Of a stretch of DNA of 33,148 nt, positions 19,351-27,424 are shown piece by piece. The position numbers and the translations under genes are program-made. Under the pieces are notes generated by a model. That model was given only the letters and a program-made list of their open reading frames with translations. It was not told where the DNA came from and made no database searches. The stretch covers positions 1-33,148 of IMG/VR virus record IMGVR_UViG_3300025138_000180; one strand, written 5' to 3'. Each line of letters starts with the position of its first letter. Position 1 is the stretch's first letter. This DNA comes from a virus (Duplodnaviria; Caudoviricetes).

Positions 19351-21227
19351 ATTGAGTCTCCCCAGTTCTTTCCTAACTCGGCATCTACTTTACTAGGTAC
19401 TTTAAGCTGACATGCATTCTCCATAATATCTACAATTTTCTTAGCTGTTTGATGATCACGAACAGATACAGCAATCTCATCATGTATCTGTATCATTGGG
19501 GTTATTCCCTCTGCATGAAGATCTATCATTGCTTGTTTGGTTTGATCCGCAGCAGATCCTTGTATTATTCTATTAAAAGCAGTGTAAGTAAAAGCTCTTC
19601 GTATAGCCGGACCGTACTCATCTTGAGCCTGTTGCTTTGGAAGAGGTTGATTAAATTGTATAACATCTCCTGGTTCTCTTTTTTTAAATGGTGTGTCAGG
19701 TTCCCATAAATTAAAACGACATTTTCTTTTCATAATTGTTCTAACAAAACCTTTGTTCTCCCCACGTCTACTTGCTTGTTGAGTTGCCATACTTTTAAGT
19801 TGTCTTATAAAAGGAACACTACTGTGATATTCTTTAAACAAGTCTTTAGCTTCTTCTTCATTAAGACCAAGCTCCGTAGCTAACTTTCCCTGGCCCATGC
19901 CATAAGATAAACCAAGATTAATTGTCTTAGCTTTTTTACGATCTATGTTTGCCATCTCAGCAACTTTTTGATGAAAGTCTGTAGTAGGATCATTTATATA
20001 AGCATTAGCAACTTCTTTTGCTCCAGGAAGATCATGTAATACTGCGTGATGAACAATGATCCGTGGCTCCTGTTGTGAATAGTCAAAAGCTCCCCACTGT
20101 TCTCCTTCTTCAGGAATAAATAAACTTCTTATTGCAGGTCCAATTATAGGATGTCTTGCAGGTATTTGTTGTAAGTTAGGATTAGACATACTTAATCTAC
20201 CTGATACGGTTCCTCCTTTATCTCCACGCAACTGATGTATCTCTGCATGTATCCTACCTTCATGTGAATGTTTTAACAAAGTATCAATAAAAGTAGTACT
20301 GGCTTTGTTTATCTCTCTAGCCTCTACAACCATACGAGCTAAATCTGAAGGATGATTAGATAAAAAACCTTTATCAAATTTAGGTTGTTTACTCTTAGCA
20401 GTTCTATTGTAACTTATACCAACCGCATCAAAAGCTTTCGCAACACTTGCCGCAGCCCAAATGTCAACTGCAACACCCGTATCTTGTAGTATTTTATCAA
20501 GTATCTTCTTCTCTGTATTCTTAAAATTTTTCTTAATACTTTCTGCTCTGTCAAGATCTACCCTCACTCCCTTTGATTTCATTTCAAATAAAACAGGAAA
20601 CAATTTAGTTTCTAACTCAAACACCTGTTGAAGTTCATCTTCTTTTATTTGTAATTTAAATATGTTCCATAATTTTAAAGTAAGCTCTGCATCTTTTTCT
20701 GCGTAAGGACCTACTATCATAGCAGGTAATTTATGCATTTCACCTTTGGCATCAGTTCCCCACTGAGCTGCAGCTTCATATAAACCTGATTCATATTTTT
20801 TTTCTTTTAAATAATCTTTTGATAATTCATTTAATGAGTATCTAAATCTATTCTCATCAATCAAAGGAGCCGCTATCATTGTGTCAACAATAGTTCCTTT
20901 AACTTCTAGTCCCCACTGACGCATCCAACCAACATCATACATAGCGTTATGAAAAACTTTTATGTTATCTTTATCTAAAATCTTTTTAAAATTTCTTTTA
21001 AATATTCTTTCATCAATGTTAGGACCTTTTTCATGACCTACAGGAAAATATCCTTTCCAACCATTAGCTGCAATTGCAACACCAATAACTTTACCATTGT
21101 TTGTAGCCCAACCAGGACCTTTTGTTTTTATATCTGGGTCATGTGTTTCTAAATCAATAGCAACTACATCTGCTTCATATACTAATTCTGGTATCTCACT
21201 AGGAGGTACCCATTCTATTTCAGCCAT
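19347..21227 (-). CDS. polA: Family A DNA polymerase (3'-5' exonuclease + polymerase, no 5'-3' exonuclease)
   Basis: ExoI IDLET, ExoII HNAMYD, ExoIII YAEKDA; GRLS..NPNLQQIP; motif A DYSQQEPR, motif B RKKAKTINLGLSYGMG, IQGSAAD, motif C IHDE. Confidence 0.95.
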   Translation of the reverse strand: MAEIEWVPPSEIPELVYEADVVAIDLETHDPDIKTKGPGWATNNGKVIGVAIAANGWKGYFPVGHEKGPNIDERIFKRNFKKILDKDNIKVFHNAMYDVGWMRQWGLEVKGTIVDTMIAAPLIDENRFRYSLNELSKDYLKEKKYESGLYEAAAQWGTDAKGEMHKLPAMIVGPYAEKDAELTLKLWNIFKLQIKEDELQQVFELETKLFPVLFEMKSKGVRVDLDRAESIKKNFKNTEKKILDKILQDTGVAVDIWAAASVAKAFDAVGISYNRTAKSKQPKFDKGFLSNHPSDLARMVVEAREINKASTTFIDTLLKHSHEGRIHAEIHQLRGDKGGTVSGRLSMSNPNLQQIPARHPIIGPAIRSLFIPEEGEQWGAFDYSQQEPRIIVHHAVLHDLPGAKEVANAYINDPTTDFHQKVAEMANIDRKKAKTINLGLSYGMGQGKLATELGLNEEEAKDLFKEYHSSVPFIRQLKSMATQQASRRGENKGFVRTIMKRKCRFNLWEPDTPFKKREPGDVIQFNQPLPKQQAQDEYGPAIRRAFTYTAFNRIIQGSAADQTKQAMIDLHAEGITPMIQIHDEIAVSVRDHQTAKKIVDIMENACQLKVPSKVDAELGKNWGDSM

Positions 21228-21238
21228 ATTTCTCCTTG

Positions 21239-21433
21239 TTATTTAATGTAACCGGCTTTAGTTCCTTTTTGATTACTGGTAATTAAAACATTTTGGTATT
21301 CTACTCCTCTTCTCATTTGTAATTTTATTATTGGTAAACCTTTAACCATTACTGTTGATACTTGATTTATCTCAAAACCAACTAAATCTTTGCATTTATC
21401 TACACTGTCTTTTAAAGCTTGTTCTCTAGTCAT
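21239..21433 (-). CDS. Hypothetical protein
   Basis: 64 aa, AGGAG RBS. Confidence 0.65.
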   Translation of the reverse strand: MTREQALKDSVDKCKDLVGFEINQVSTVMVKGLPIIKLQMRRGVEYQNVLITSNQKGTKAGYIK

Positions 21434-21442
21434 CTTTCTCTC

Positions 21443-22318
21443 CTATACTCCACACATACCTTCACATTCATCAGCCATATCTCCAAATAGACTTGGTTGA
21501 TCAGAACCCTTATCTAAATTTACTTGATCTAAAGGTATTCTTTGTGAATGTATATACAGTTCTTTAGCTCTTGATAAACCTAATGCAGGTCCTGCGTTCC
21601 TAACTTTCTTATCAAAGTCAACACACTGTTTCCATTCTTTAGGTCTTTCATCTCTCATCTCTTTCCAAAATTTATTATCATGGTAAGGACAATAAACACA
21701 TGCACTCTTTGAAGGTTTTGGATATTGTCTTTCCTCCATCCATTTAAAACAATCCATTCTTGTTACTTTTTTATTAACAAGAGGGTAGTGAAAACGATAA
21801 GAAGCTTTCTCAAATGTTTTCATTCTAAATATTTCATCATAAGAGATACCTAAGTATTGATTAACTACCATACCTTTAGGCCATCTCTGTCCTTTTTTAA
21901 GACCATACTCTCGTCTTATTCCTTGTTCTATCTGTTCTATTTTATATGTGGATGTACATCTTCGGTTGGCTAAACCTTTCTTGCCATCTAATCCTACTAA
22001 GAAAAAAGGTATTGATGCTCCTCTTTTATAGACACCGTTATCTATATAATTTTCTACATCTTCCTGAAGATTGCCCCATGTCACCCGGATCACTGGAAAA
22101 GTTAATTGTTTCTCTAAGTAATCTAACCATGCATATGTACCGTCACCTTCGTTTTGTGTGTCTGCAAAAATAGCAAAATCTATTTTACCAGAACCTCCTG
22201 GCACAACTTCGTATTCCCCTCTACTAAATGCAAGAGCCATCATTGATGATTGTACACCTGCTCCTAAACTTATAATGTTTAAGTCTCCTGGATATTTTTT
22301 ACTTCTTTCAGTCGGCAT
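21443..22318 (-). CDS. PAPS-reductase-like PP-loop (adenine nucleotide alpha-hydrolase) protein, Cys-rich
   Basis: ISLGAGVQSS, AIFADTQNE, RRCTSTYKI, LGISYDE..R, YPL, KSACVYCPYH, C-terminal ECEGMCGV. Confidence 0.8.
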   Translation of the reverse strand: MPTERSKKYPGDLNIISLGAGVQSSMMALAFSRGEYEVVPGGSGKIDFAIFADTQNEGDGTYAWLDYLEKQLTFPVIRVTWGNLQEDVENYIDNGVYKRGASIPFFLVGLDGKKGLANRRCTSTYKIEQIEQGIRREYGLKKGQRWPKGMVVNQYLGISYDEIFRMKTFEKASYRFHYPLVNKKVTRMDCFKWMEERQYPKPSKSACVYCPYHDNKFWKEMRDERPKEWKQCVDFDKKVRNAGPALGLSRAKELYIHSQRIPLDQVNLDKGSDQPSLFGDMADECEGMCGV

Positions 22319-23954
22319 GTTCTATCCTATTTAATCCAAAGTTTTGTCTTAAAAACATTTCTGAATATTCGTAATCGTTAGATGAGCGAACCAAGAATAA
22401 ATTTCTTTTAGTTCTAGTAATTCCTGTATAAAAAACTCTTCTCTCATCGTCTCCATTTTTTAATAAACTCGTATGTGATTTACGAGATAATTCAGATAAT
22501 AACACAACATTGTCAGCTTCGCCACCCTTCGATCCATGAATTGTAAGTATTTTTATTTTAGGTATAGCATTTATATCTTGACCTCTTCTCTCACATTTAC
22601 GAATATATAAGATAATATCTTCATTTATTAACGTTAATACATCATTCCAAGCTAAATCTTTAGGAACTCGTAACCCATGATTATTAACTAAATCATTGTA
22701 ACTAACAACAATGTCATCTTCCAAAGCTTTGTCCCAGGTTTTAAATCCTCTTTTGATAGGACCATCTCCTGGTATGTATTTGTACATATTCTTTGCCCCG
22801 CCTAAAGATATAGTATCTCCATTAACTAACTTGTTCCAACAGTTTATAGCGTAACAAACTTTCTCTGATATAGATTTATTTTTATTAAACCTATTGTAAA
22901 TTATTCCTTCTCGTTTAAAATATTCTTCAACTTTTTGTAGTACATATTTAGTTCGTGCTAAAACATAGTACTCACCATCTTTATTAAACGGAACATATTC
23001 TATAGAAGAGTAATGTGATACATCACCTGTCTTTGATGTTGGTGACCATTCTTTTTTTACTCTAACTTTAATTTTATTTGCTACTGATTCTGCTACATCA
23101 TACACTCGTTTTGGTATTCTAAATGATTGATTTAAAACCTTTTTGTTACCAGGTGTACGCATTAACATTTCTGGTATTGCACCTGCCCATTTAAATATTG
23201 CTTGATCATCATCACCGGCTATGTAAATATGTTTTGTGCTTTTCGCTAAAAGAATTACAGCGTACCACTGAAGCATACTTAAATCTTGAGCCTCATCTAT
23301 TATGATGACTGGTAATGAGGGAACAACACCCTCATTTACTAATTCTAATAACATGTCATTAAAATCATAAAGCTCATGTTCTTGTTTGTACTTTATGTAT
23401 GTTTCAAATATTCTTTCTAATTCTTCAAAACCACCTTCTACATGGCCTTGAGATCTTCTCCATTGTGTATCTATGTTTACCATATTATTTCTTGCTAACT
23501 CTATGATACGCATAAAAGGATTTTTCTGCATACTTTGTCCGTTATCTTCTATCTGATTGTTTGCATTTAAAAATTCTTTTATCTGTAACGTCTTGCCAAG
23601 AACCTTGTAGTCCCTATCTTTCATAACACTTTTGGTCGTTAAATTTAATTGTTTAAAAGCCATGCTGTGTAAAGTTCTAAACCACTCAAAGTCTTTTTCT
23701 TCATATTCAAATTTGCTTGTAGCTCTGTCAATTGCTTCGTTAGCTGCTTTCTTAGTGTAAGCGAAGTAACCTATTTCTTCCGGCCGGTAACCTTCGTCTA
23801 AATGTTTTTCTACAATGCTTAGTAAAGTGTGAGTCTTACCTGTACCTGGTGGTCCAAAGATAGTTGTTGTTTTATTTTCAAAGTACGAACGTGTTTCTTC
23901 CTTGCTAATCTTTTGTATATCTAACGGAAATTTTTTAGAAAGGTGCTGCATCAT
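22308..23954 (-). CDS. UvrD/Rep-like superfamily 1 DNA helicase
   Basis: GPPGTGKT, YTKKAANE, RTLHS, IDEAQD, AGDDDQAIF.W.GA, L.QSFR, TIHGSKGGEAD, FYTGITR. Confidence 0.92.
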   Translation of the reverse strand: MMQHLSKKFPLDIQKISKEETRSYFENKTTTIFGPPGTGKTHTLLSIVEKHLDEGYRPEEIGYFAYTKKAANEAIDRATSKFEYEEKDFEWFRTLHSMAFKQLNLTTKSVMKDRDYKVLGKTLQIKEFLNANNQIEDNGQSMQKNPFMRIIELARNNMVNIDTQWRRSQGHVEGGFEELERIFETYIKYKQEHELYDFNDMLLELVNEGVVPSLPVIIIDEAQDLSMLQWYAVILLAKSTKHIYIAGDDDQAIFKWAGAIPEMLMRTPGNKKVLNQSFRIPKRVYDVAESVANKIKVRVKKEWSPTSKTGDVSHYSSIEYVPFNKDGEYYVLARTKYVLQKVEEYFKREGIIYNRFNKNKSISEKVCYAINCWNKLVNGDTISLGGAKNMYKYIPGDGPIKRGFKTWDKALEDDIVVSYNDLVNNHGLRVPKDLAWNDVLTLINEDIILYIRKCERRGQDINAIPKIKILTIHGSKGGEADNVVLLSELSRKSHTSLLKNGDDERRVFYTGITRTKRNLFLVRSSNDYEYSEMFLRQNFGLNRIEHAD

Positions 23955-25437
23955 TTATCTCTGGTCTTTTTAAAGATTTCTCTTCTCTTTGTATTTGAGG
24001 AACGAACCATAGTCTCTCTGTCTTACCTAATATTTTTCTTGATGTAGAACCACCTTCCATGTCTCGTAGTCTTTGTACGATCTGCATGGTTTTCATTTCT
24101 GTAAATCTTTTTTTACTGAGATAAGATTCTAGATGTACCATTTTAAAATAAGTCTTACCTTCTTCTGTAAAACATTTCCCGGTTATAACTTCATCCATCT
24201 CGAGCCCTGCCCCCTGCTCAAAAATAAAAGTACTAAAGTGTTCATCAAACTTACCAAAGGTTGTTGTATCAAAATGTTCTTTAGCAGGTATTATCTCTGC
24301 ATTTTCTAATAATGTTCTGACCTTTACAGTCCAGTCATTAGCTTTCATAGCCATAGGTAGTATGGTTAGATAATCCATACACGCTCTTCTAAATTTTTGT
24401 TGATCAAATAATTGTTCTGTGTTCAATGACATTCTCTTACCATCTACATTTAAGAACCACATAGACTCGTCAGATTCCAACTTAGTAAGATCAGAAATAA
24501 TAACATCATAGTTATCTCCGATTCCAAATTTTCTTGCTTTGCAAAGAGGTGCATTACATACTGCACACATTGGTTGATCTTTGCATTTGTATTGATAATC
24601 AGTTTTCTCATGTTGCTTTATTGTTTTCTCCACTTGTGAAAAACCAAGAGGCCTATCCATATGTTTAGAATTAAATTCATTTACTTTATCTTTCCATGCA
24701 TCCGGATATGCTTTCTTTGCGTACACAGCATATTGATACAAAGCATTATCTCTGCCACCTTCTGGTATACCCATGTTCATTAATGTTTCTAAGCATGGTG
24801 GTCCTTCCTCTAATTTCTTTTGGTTGCTACGAACAACTTTAATCTTAGATAAATTCTTTGGATCGACAGCTTTTTTATCCACGATTGAATAGAAATTATC
24901 CAATGTGCAACTAAGACCTGTATCAGTAAAAGCGTAACGAAAACTGTCGTCGCCAGCGAAATAAGGCAGATTAAGAAAGTTTCCCGTATCACCTCTATCG
25001 GCACGGATCTCAATTTGTTTTGGAAAAACTTCACAATCAGCATAGCCTAGCTCACCTGCTAACTCGACAAGTTTGTTACGAAGCTTCTTAGCTTCAACAA
25101 AGTCTGTAAGAAATAAGAATAGATGTGCTCCACCACTTTTAGATCTGCAACATACAAGTGGTATTTTAAATTCATTTAGCTTGTCAATAATTTGTTTATG
25201 ATCCAAAGTGTAAGAATCAATATCAATACAACCCCACCTGCACTTTGAGTCATCACGAATAGGAATAATTCCCAAGCTTGCTTTGCCAGAAAGATGATCT
25301 TCCCAAAGCTGGTCTGTAACGGGAGCTTTAATGATGTAAGCTTTCCCTTTTTTCTTGCCGTTCTCGTCCTGATCTTCTTCCTTGAATGTACCATAAGCCC
25401 GGTGCAATCCTTCAAATATATTTTTAAATCGTTCCAT
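23935..25437 (-). CDS. Archaeo-eukaryotic-type primase with PriCT-like/Cys-rich C-terminal region
   Basis: HL.G..SLGI.P, WGCIDID, RSKSGGAHL, EVFPKQ, GNFLNLPY, PPCL, EGGRDNAL; AGGAG RBS. Confidence 0.8.
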   Translation of the reverse strand: MERFKNIFEGLHRAYGTFKEEDQDENGKKKGKAYIIKAPVTDQLWEDHLSGKASLGIIPIRDDSKCRWGCIDIDSYTLDHKQIIDKLNEFKIPLVCCRSKSGGAHLFLFLTDFVEAKKLRNKLVELAGELGYADCEVFPKQIEIRADRGDTGNFLNLPYFAGDDSFRYAFTDTGLSCTLDNFYSIVDKKAVDPKNLSKIKVVRSNQKKLEEGPPCLETLMNMGIPEGGRDNALYQYAVYAKKAYPDAWKDKVNEFNSKHMDRPLGFSQVEKTIKQHEKTDYQYKCKDQPMCAVCNAPLCKARKFGIGDNYDVIISDLTKLESDESMWFLNVDGKRMSLNTEQLFDQQKFRRACMDYLTILPMAMKANDWTVKVRTLLENAEIIPAKEHFDTTTFGKFDEHFSTFIFEQGAGLEMDEVITGKCFTEEGKTYFKMVHLESYLSKKRFTEMKTMQIVQRLRDMEGGSTSRKILGKTERLWFVPQIQREEKSLKRPEINDAAPF

Positions 25438-25456
25438 GTTTCTCCTTTTAATTTTA

Positions 25457-25582
25457 GTGGGGCAAGTGACAAAACTTGCCCCGCATTAGTTTGATAGGAA
25501 GAGCTGTTTCTGGGAGGAAAACCCACCGGAACTCTTACTACCTTACGAAGTCTAATGTATCTCCGATTAACCCTTCCGGCAG
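25457..25582 (-). ncRNA. Candidate structured cis-regulatory RNA upstream of the primase gene
   Basis: Nested stems on the minus strand: CAUUAG/CUAAUG, GGUAG/CUAUC, AAGAGUU/AGCUCUU, UGGG/CCCA, plus the 9-bp hairpin GGGGCAAGT/ACTTGCCCC (25459-25482). Confidence 0.5.
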
Positions 25583-25586
25583 GTGA

Positions 25587-26378
25587 CTAAAAATGTTCCT
25601 TTCCAGAACTTGCTTCCAGTTTTTTAGGTTCATCACCCTCTGGTGAAGCAAGCACATCTCCTTGACGGAAAGCTAAAGCAAAACTTTCACCCGTCGTAAA
25701 GATTTCTTTTGTAGGAACAAAACCTTCTTTTGCTACAGTCCACCCATAGTATTTTTTACCATTGGTCTCTTCTTGCAGTGTACTTAATTTATACACAATT
25801 GCATAAGAGGGAGGTGTTATGGTTTTACCACCACCTTCCATTGTAGCAGTCATCATCATGTAATTCCATTGACGAGACTTTTTTAACTGAGACGATTTCA
25901 TCGTCAGTATGCCACGAGACTCTACATTGTCTTTATCATCTAAGACTAAAACAATGTGATTGGCTGTCTCTTCTACATAATTACCATTATCTAAATAGTA
26001 ACGATTATCAGTAGGAGATTTTTTTGCTAAGCTCATAACATTTGAGGTAGCAGGATGTATGTTTACAGGAGCTTTGTTACCTGAACCCTCTGGAGCCCAT
26101 TCAACATATGTTCGAATGTACTCACAAGGCACTACTCTTATACCAGTAGGTCCATCGTAAACGCTTTGTGATGCAGAATTAAATATATGTCCTGCTTTTG
26201 CTTCAGGAAGTGAAGCATTATCACACTCCGGGGACATTTTTTGTAGTAGTTTGATACGAGGTATCATAACATCTTTGGTACTGACGTTAGATAAACCGTC
26301 TCCTTGTTTGGCTTCTGCTAACGAAAACACTTCTGCAAGTGCATTGTTAGGTTTTTTTGCAGTTGACGTTTGATTCAT
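25587..26378 (-). CDS. Putative single-stranded DNA-binding protein
   Basis: D..IPRIKLLQ.MSP, YVEW, MKSSQLKKSRQWN pattern; acidic tail ending in Phe; upstream of the primase. Confidence 0.6.
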   Translation of the reverse strand: MNQTSTAKKPNNALAEVFSLAEAKQGDGLSNVSTKDVMIPRIKLLQKMSPECDNASLPEAKAGHIFNSASQSVYDGPTGIRVVPCEYIRTYVEWAPEGSGNKAPVNIHPATSNVMSLAKKSPTDNRYYLDNGNYVEETANHIVLVLDDKDNVESRGILTMKSSQLKKSRQWNYMMMTATMEGGGKTITPPSYAIVYKLSTLQEETNGKKYYGWTVAKEGFVPTKEIFTTGESFALAFRQGDVLASPEGDEPKKLEASSGKEHF

Positions 26379-26390
26379 AAGTTACTCCTT

Positions 26391-26954
26391 TTATGTTTTT
26401 ATTGTTACGTCGTTGGTTCGAAAGACACCAAAAGTTTCTTCGGGAAAAGACTCACCTTTTTCCGCAGCTTTTTGTAATGACTCTCTTACCCAGGCATCTA
26501 GAGTATTCCATTGAATACCCTCTTTCTCTGAAGGTTCTAATCCTTCCTTACGAAACATGTCTTTGACTTGTTGCGCTTGGTTGTCTTGTCCTCTTCCGAA
26601 ACTAAATGAGACTTCATTTTTAATCAAGTCCCCTGCACCCTGGTCCCTGATAAATGTATATGCATTATCAATGTTCTCAGGTGTAATATGTGCACGAATT
26701 TTTTCTTTCCATGTCACTGTAGATCCATCCATTAATTTAAATGAATATAAATTTTTATCTTTTAGTGCATTAGCTATTCTATTTTGTAATTCTTGTAAGG
26801 ATTCTTTTTTAGCTTTTAATTCTAAATCAGTTTTCTTTACATCTTGTTTCATTTCAACAAGTTGCTTACATAGCTGACCCATTTCACTCAGGTCTGCATC
26901 ATTAACTTTATTTAAATTATCTTTCTCATTGATTAAATCAAATATTTCGTTCAT
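26391..26954 (-). CDS. Conserved phage replication-module protein (N-terminal coiled coil)
   Basis: 187 aa; G.GDLIKNEV..SFGRG.D and TL.AWVRE motifs; AGGAG RBS. Confidence 0.7.
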   Translation of the reverse strand: MNEIFDLINEKDNLNKVNDADLSEMGQLCKQLVEMKQDVKKTDLELKAKKESLQELQNRIANALKDKNLYSFKLMDGSTVTWKEKIRAHITPENIDNAYTFIRDQGAGDLIKNEVSFSFGRGQDNQAQQVKDMFRKEGLEPSEKEGIQWNTLDAWVRESLQKAAEKGESFPEETFGVFRTNDVTIKT

Positions 26955-26963
26955 CGTTTCTCC

Positions 26964-27272
26964 TTATATTAAGATATTAAATTCTATCGGGAAGTACTTA
27001 CTTAACTGTCTGTCCCACTTCAGAACTTTATATCGTCCGTTATTGTATCGGCTGGCAATTGCACAACACGCTCCTATTATACTAGGGTCACCTACCAATA
27101 GCAAGAAATCATCATTACAAAAATTTTTTAAAATTTTATTAGCTGCAAAAACAACAGGTCCTGGTGATAATGCAATTTGTTCATGATAAGGCACTACACC
27201 TTTTAACTCTCCATATTTTTTAGCAGAACTATAATCTCTACGAGGAACTTTCTGTATAATAAAAACCGTCAT
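26964..27272 (-). CDS. Conserved phage hypothetical protein
   Basis: 102 aa; A.KYGEL, D.LLLVGDP, LKWDR...Y; first gene of the replication operon. Confidence 0.75.
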   Translation of the reverse strand: MTVFIIQKVPRRDYSSAKKYGELKGVVPYHEQIALSPGPVVFAANKILKNFCNDDFLLLVGDPSIIGACCAIASRYNNGRYKVLKWDRQLSKYFPIEFNILI

Positions 27273-27374
27273 TATTTCTTTCCGTCTCTCCTTCTAAAGT
27301 CGGAGGGAGTTTTTAGGCTCCCTCGCATTCCTTTATTTGCCTATTGTAAAAAGGAGAAACTTTTTACACCTTAT

Positions 27375-27410
27375 TTTATATTTGATTCTGATACGAAATT
27401 CAAATAAATA
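27375..27410. promoter_or_regulatory. Overlapping divergent sigma70-like promoters
   Basis: Minus: TTGAAT (27403-27398)-17-TATAAA (27380-27375). Plus: TTGATT (27382-27387)-17-TAAATA (27405-27410). Confidence 0.55.
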
Positions 27411-27424
27411 AGAATGTAGAAATA

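Noticed and set aside
25459-25482. Intrinsic terminator
   Set aside because: Strong stem but no U-tract on the transcribed minus strand; kept as part of the larger structured element.
9863-27186. Other nested ORFs (9863, 10643, 13054, 14886, 15960, 16344, 19449, 21946, 24810, 25176, 25294, 26557, 26929)
   Set aside because: Shadows of well-supported genes with no independent signals.
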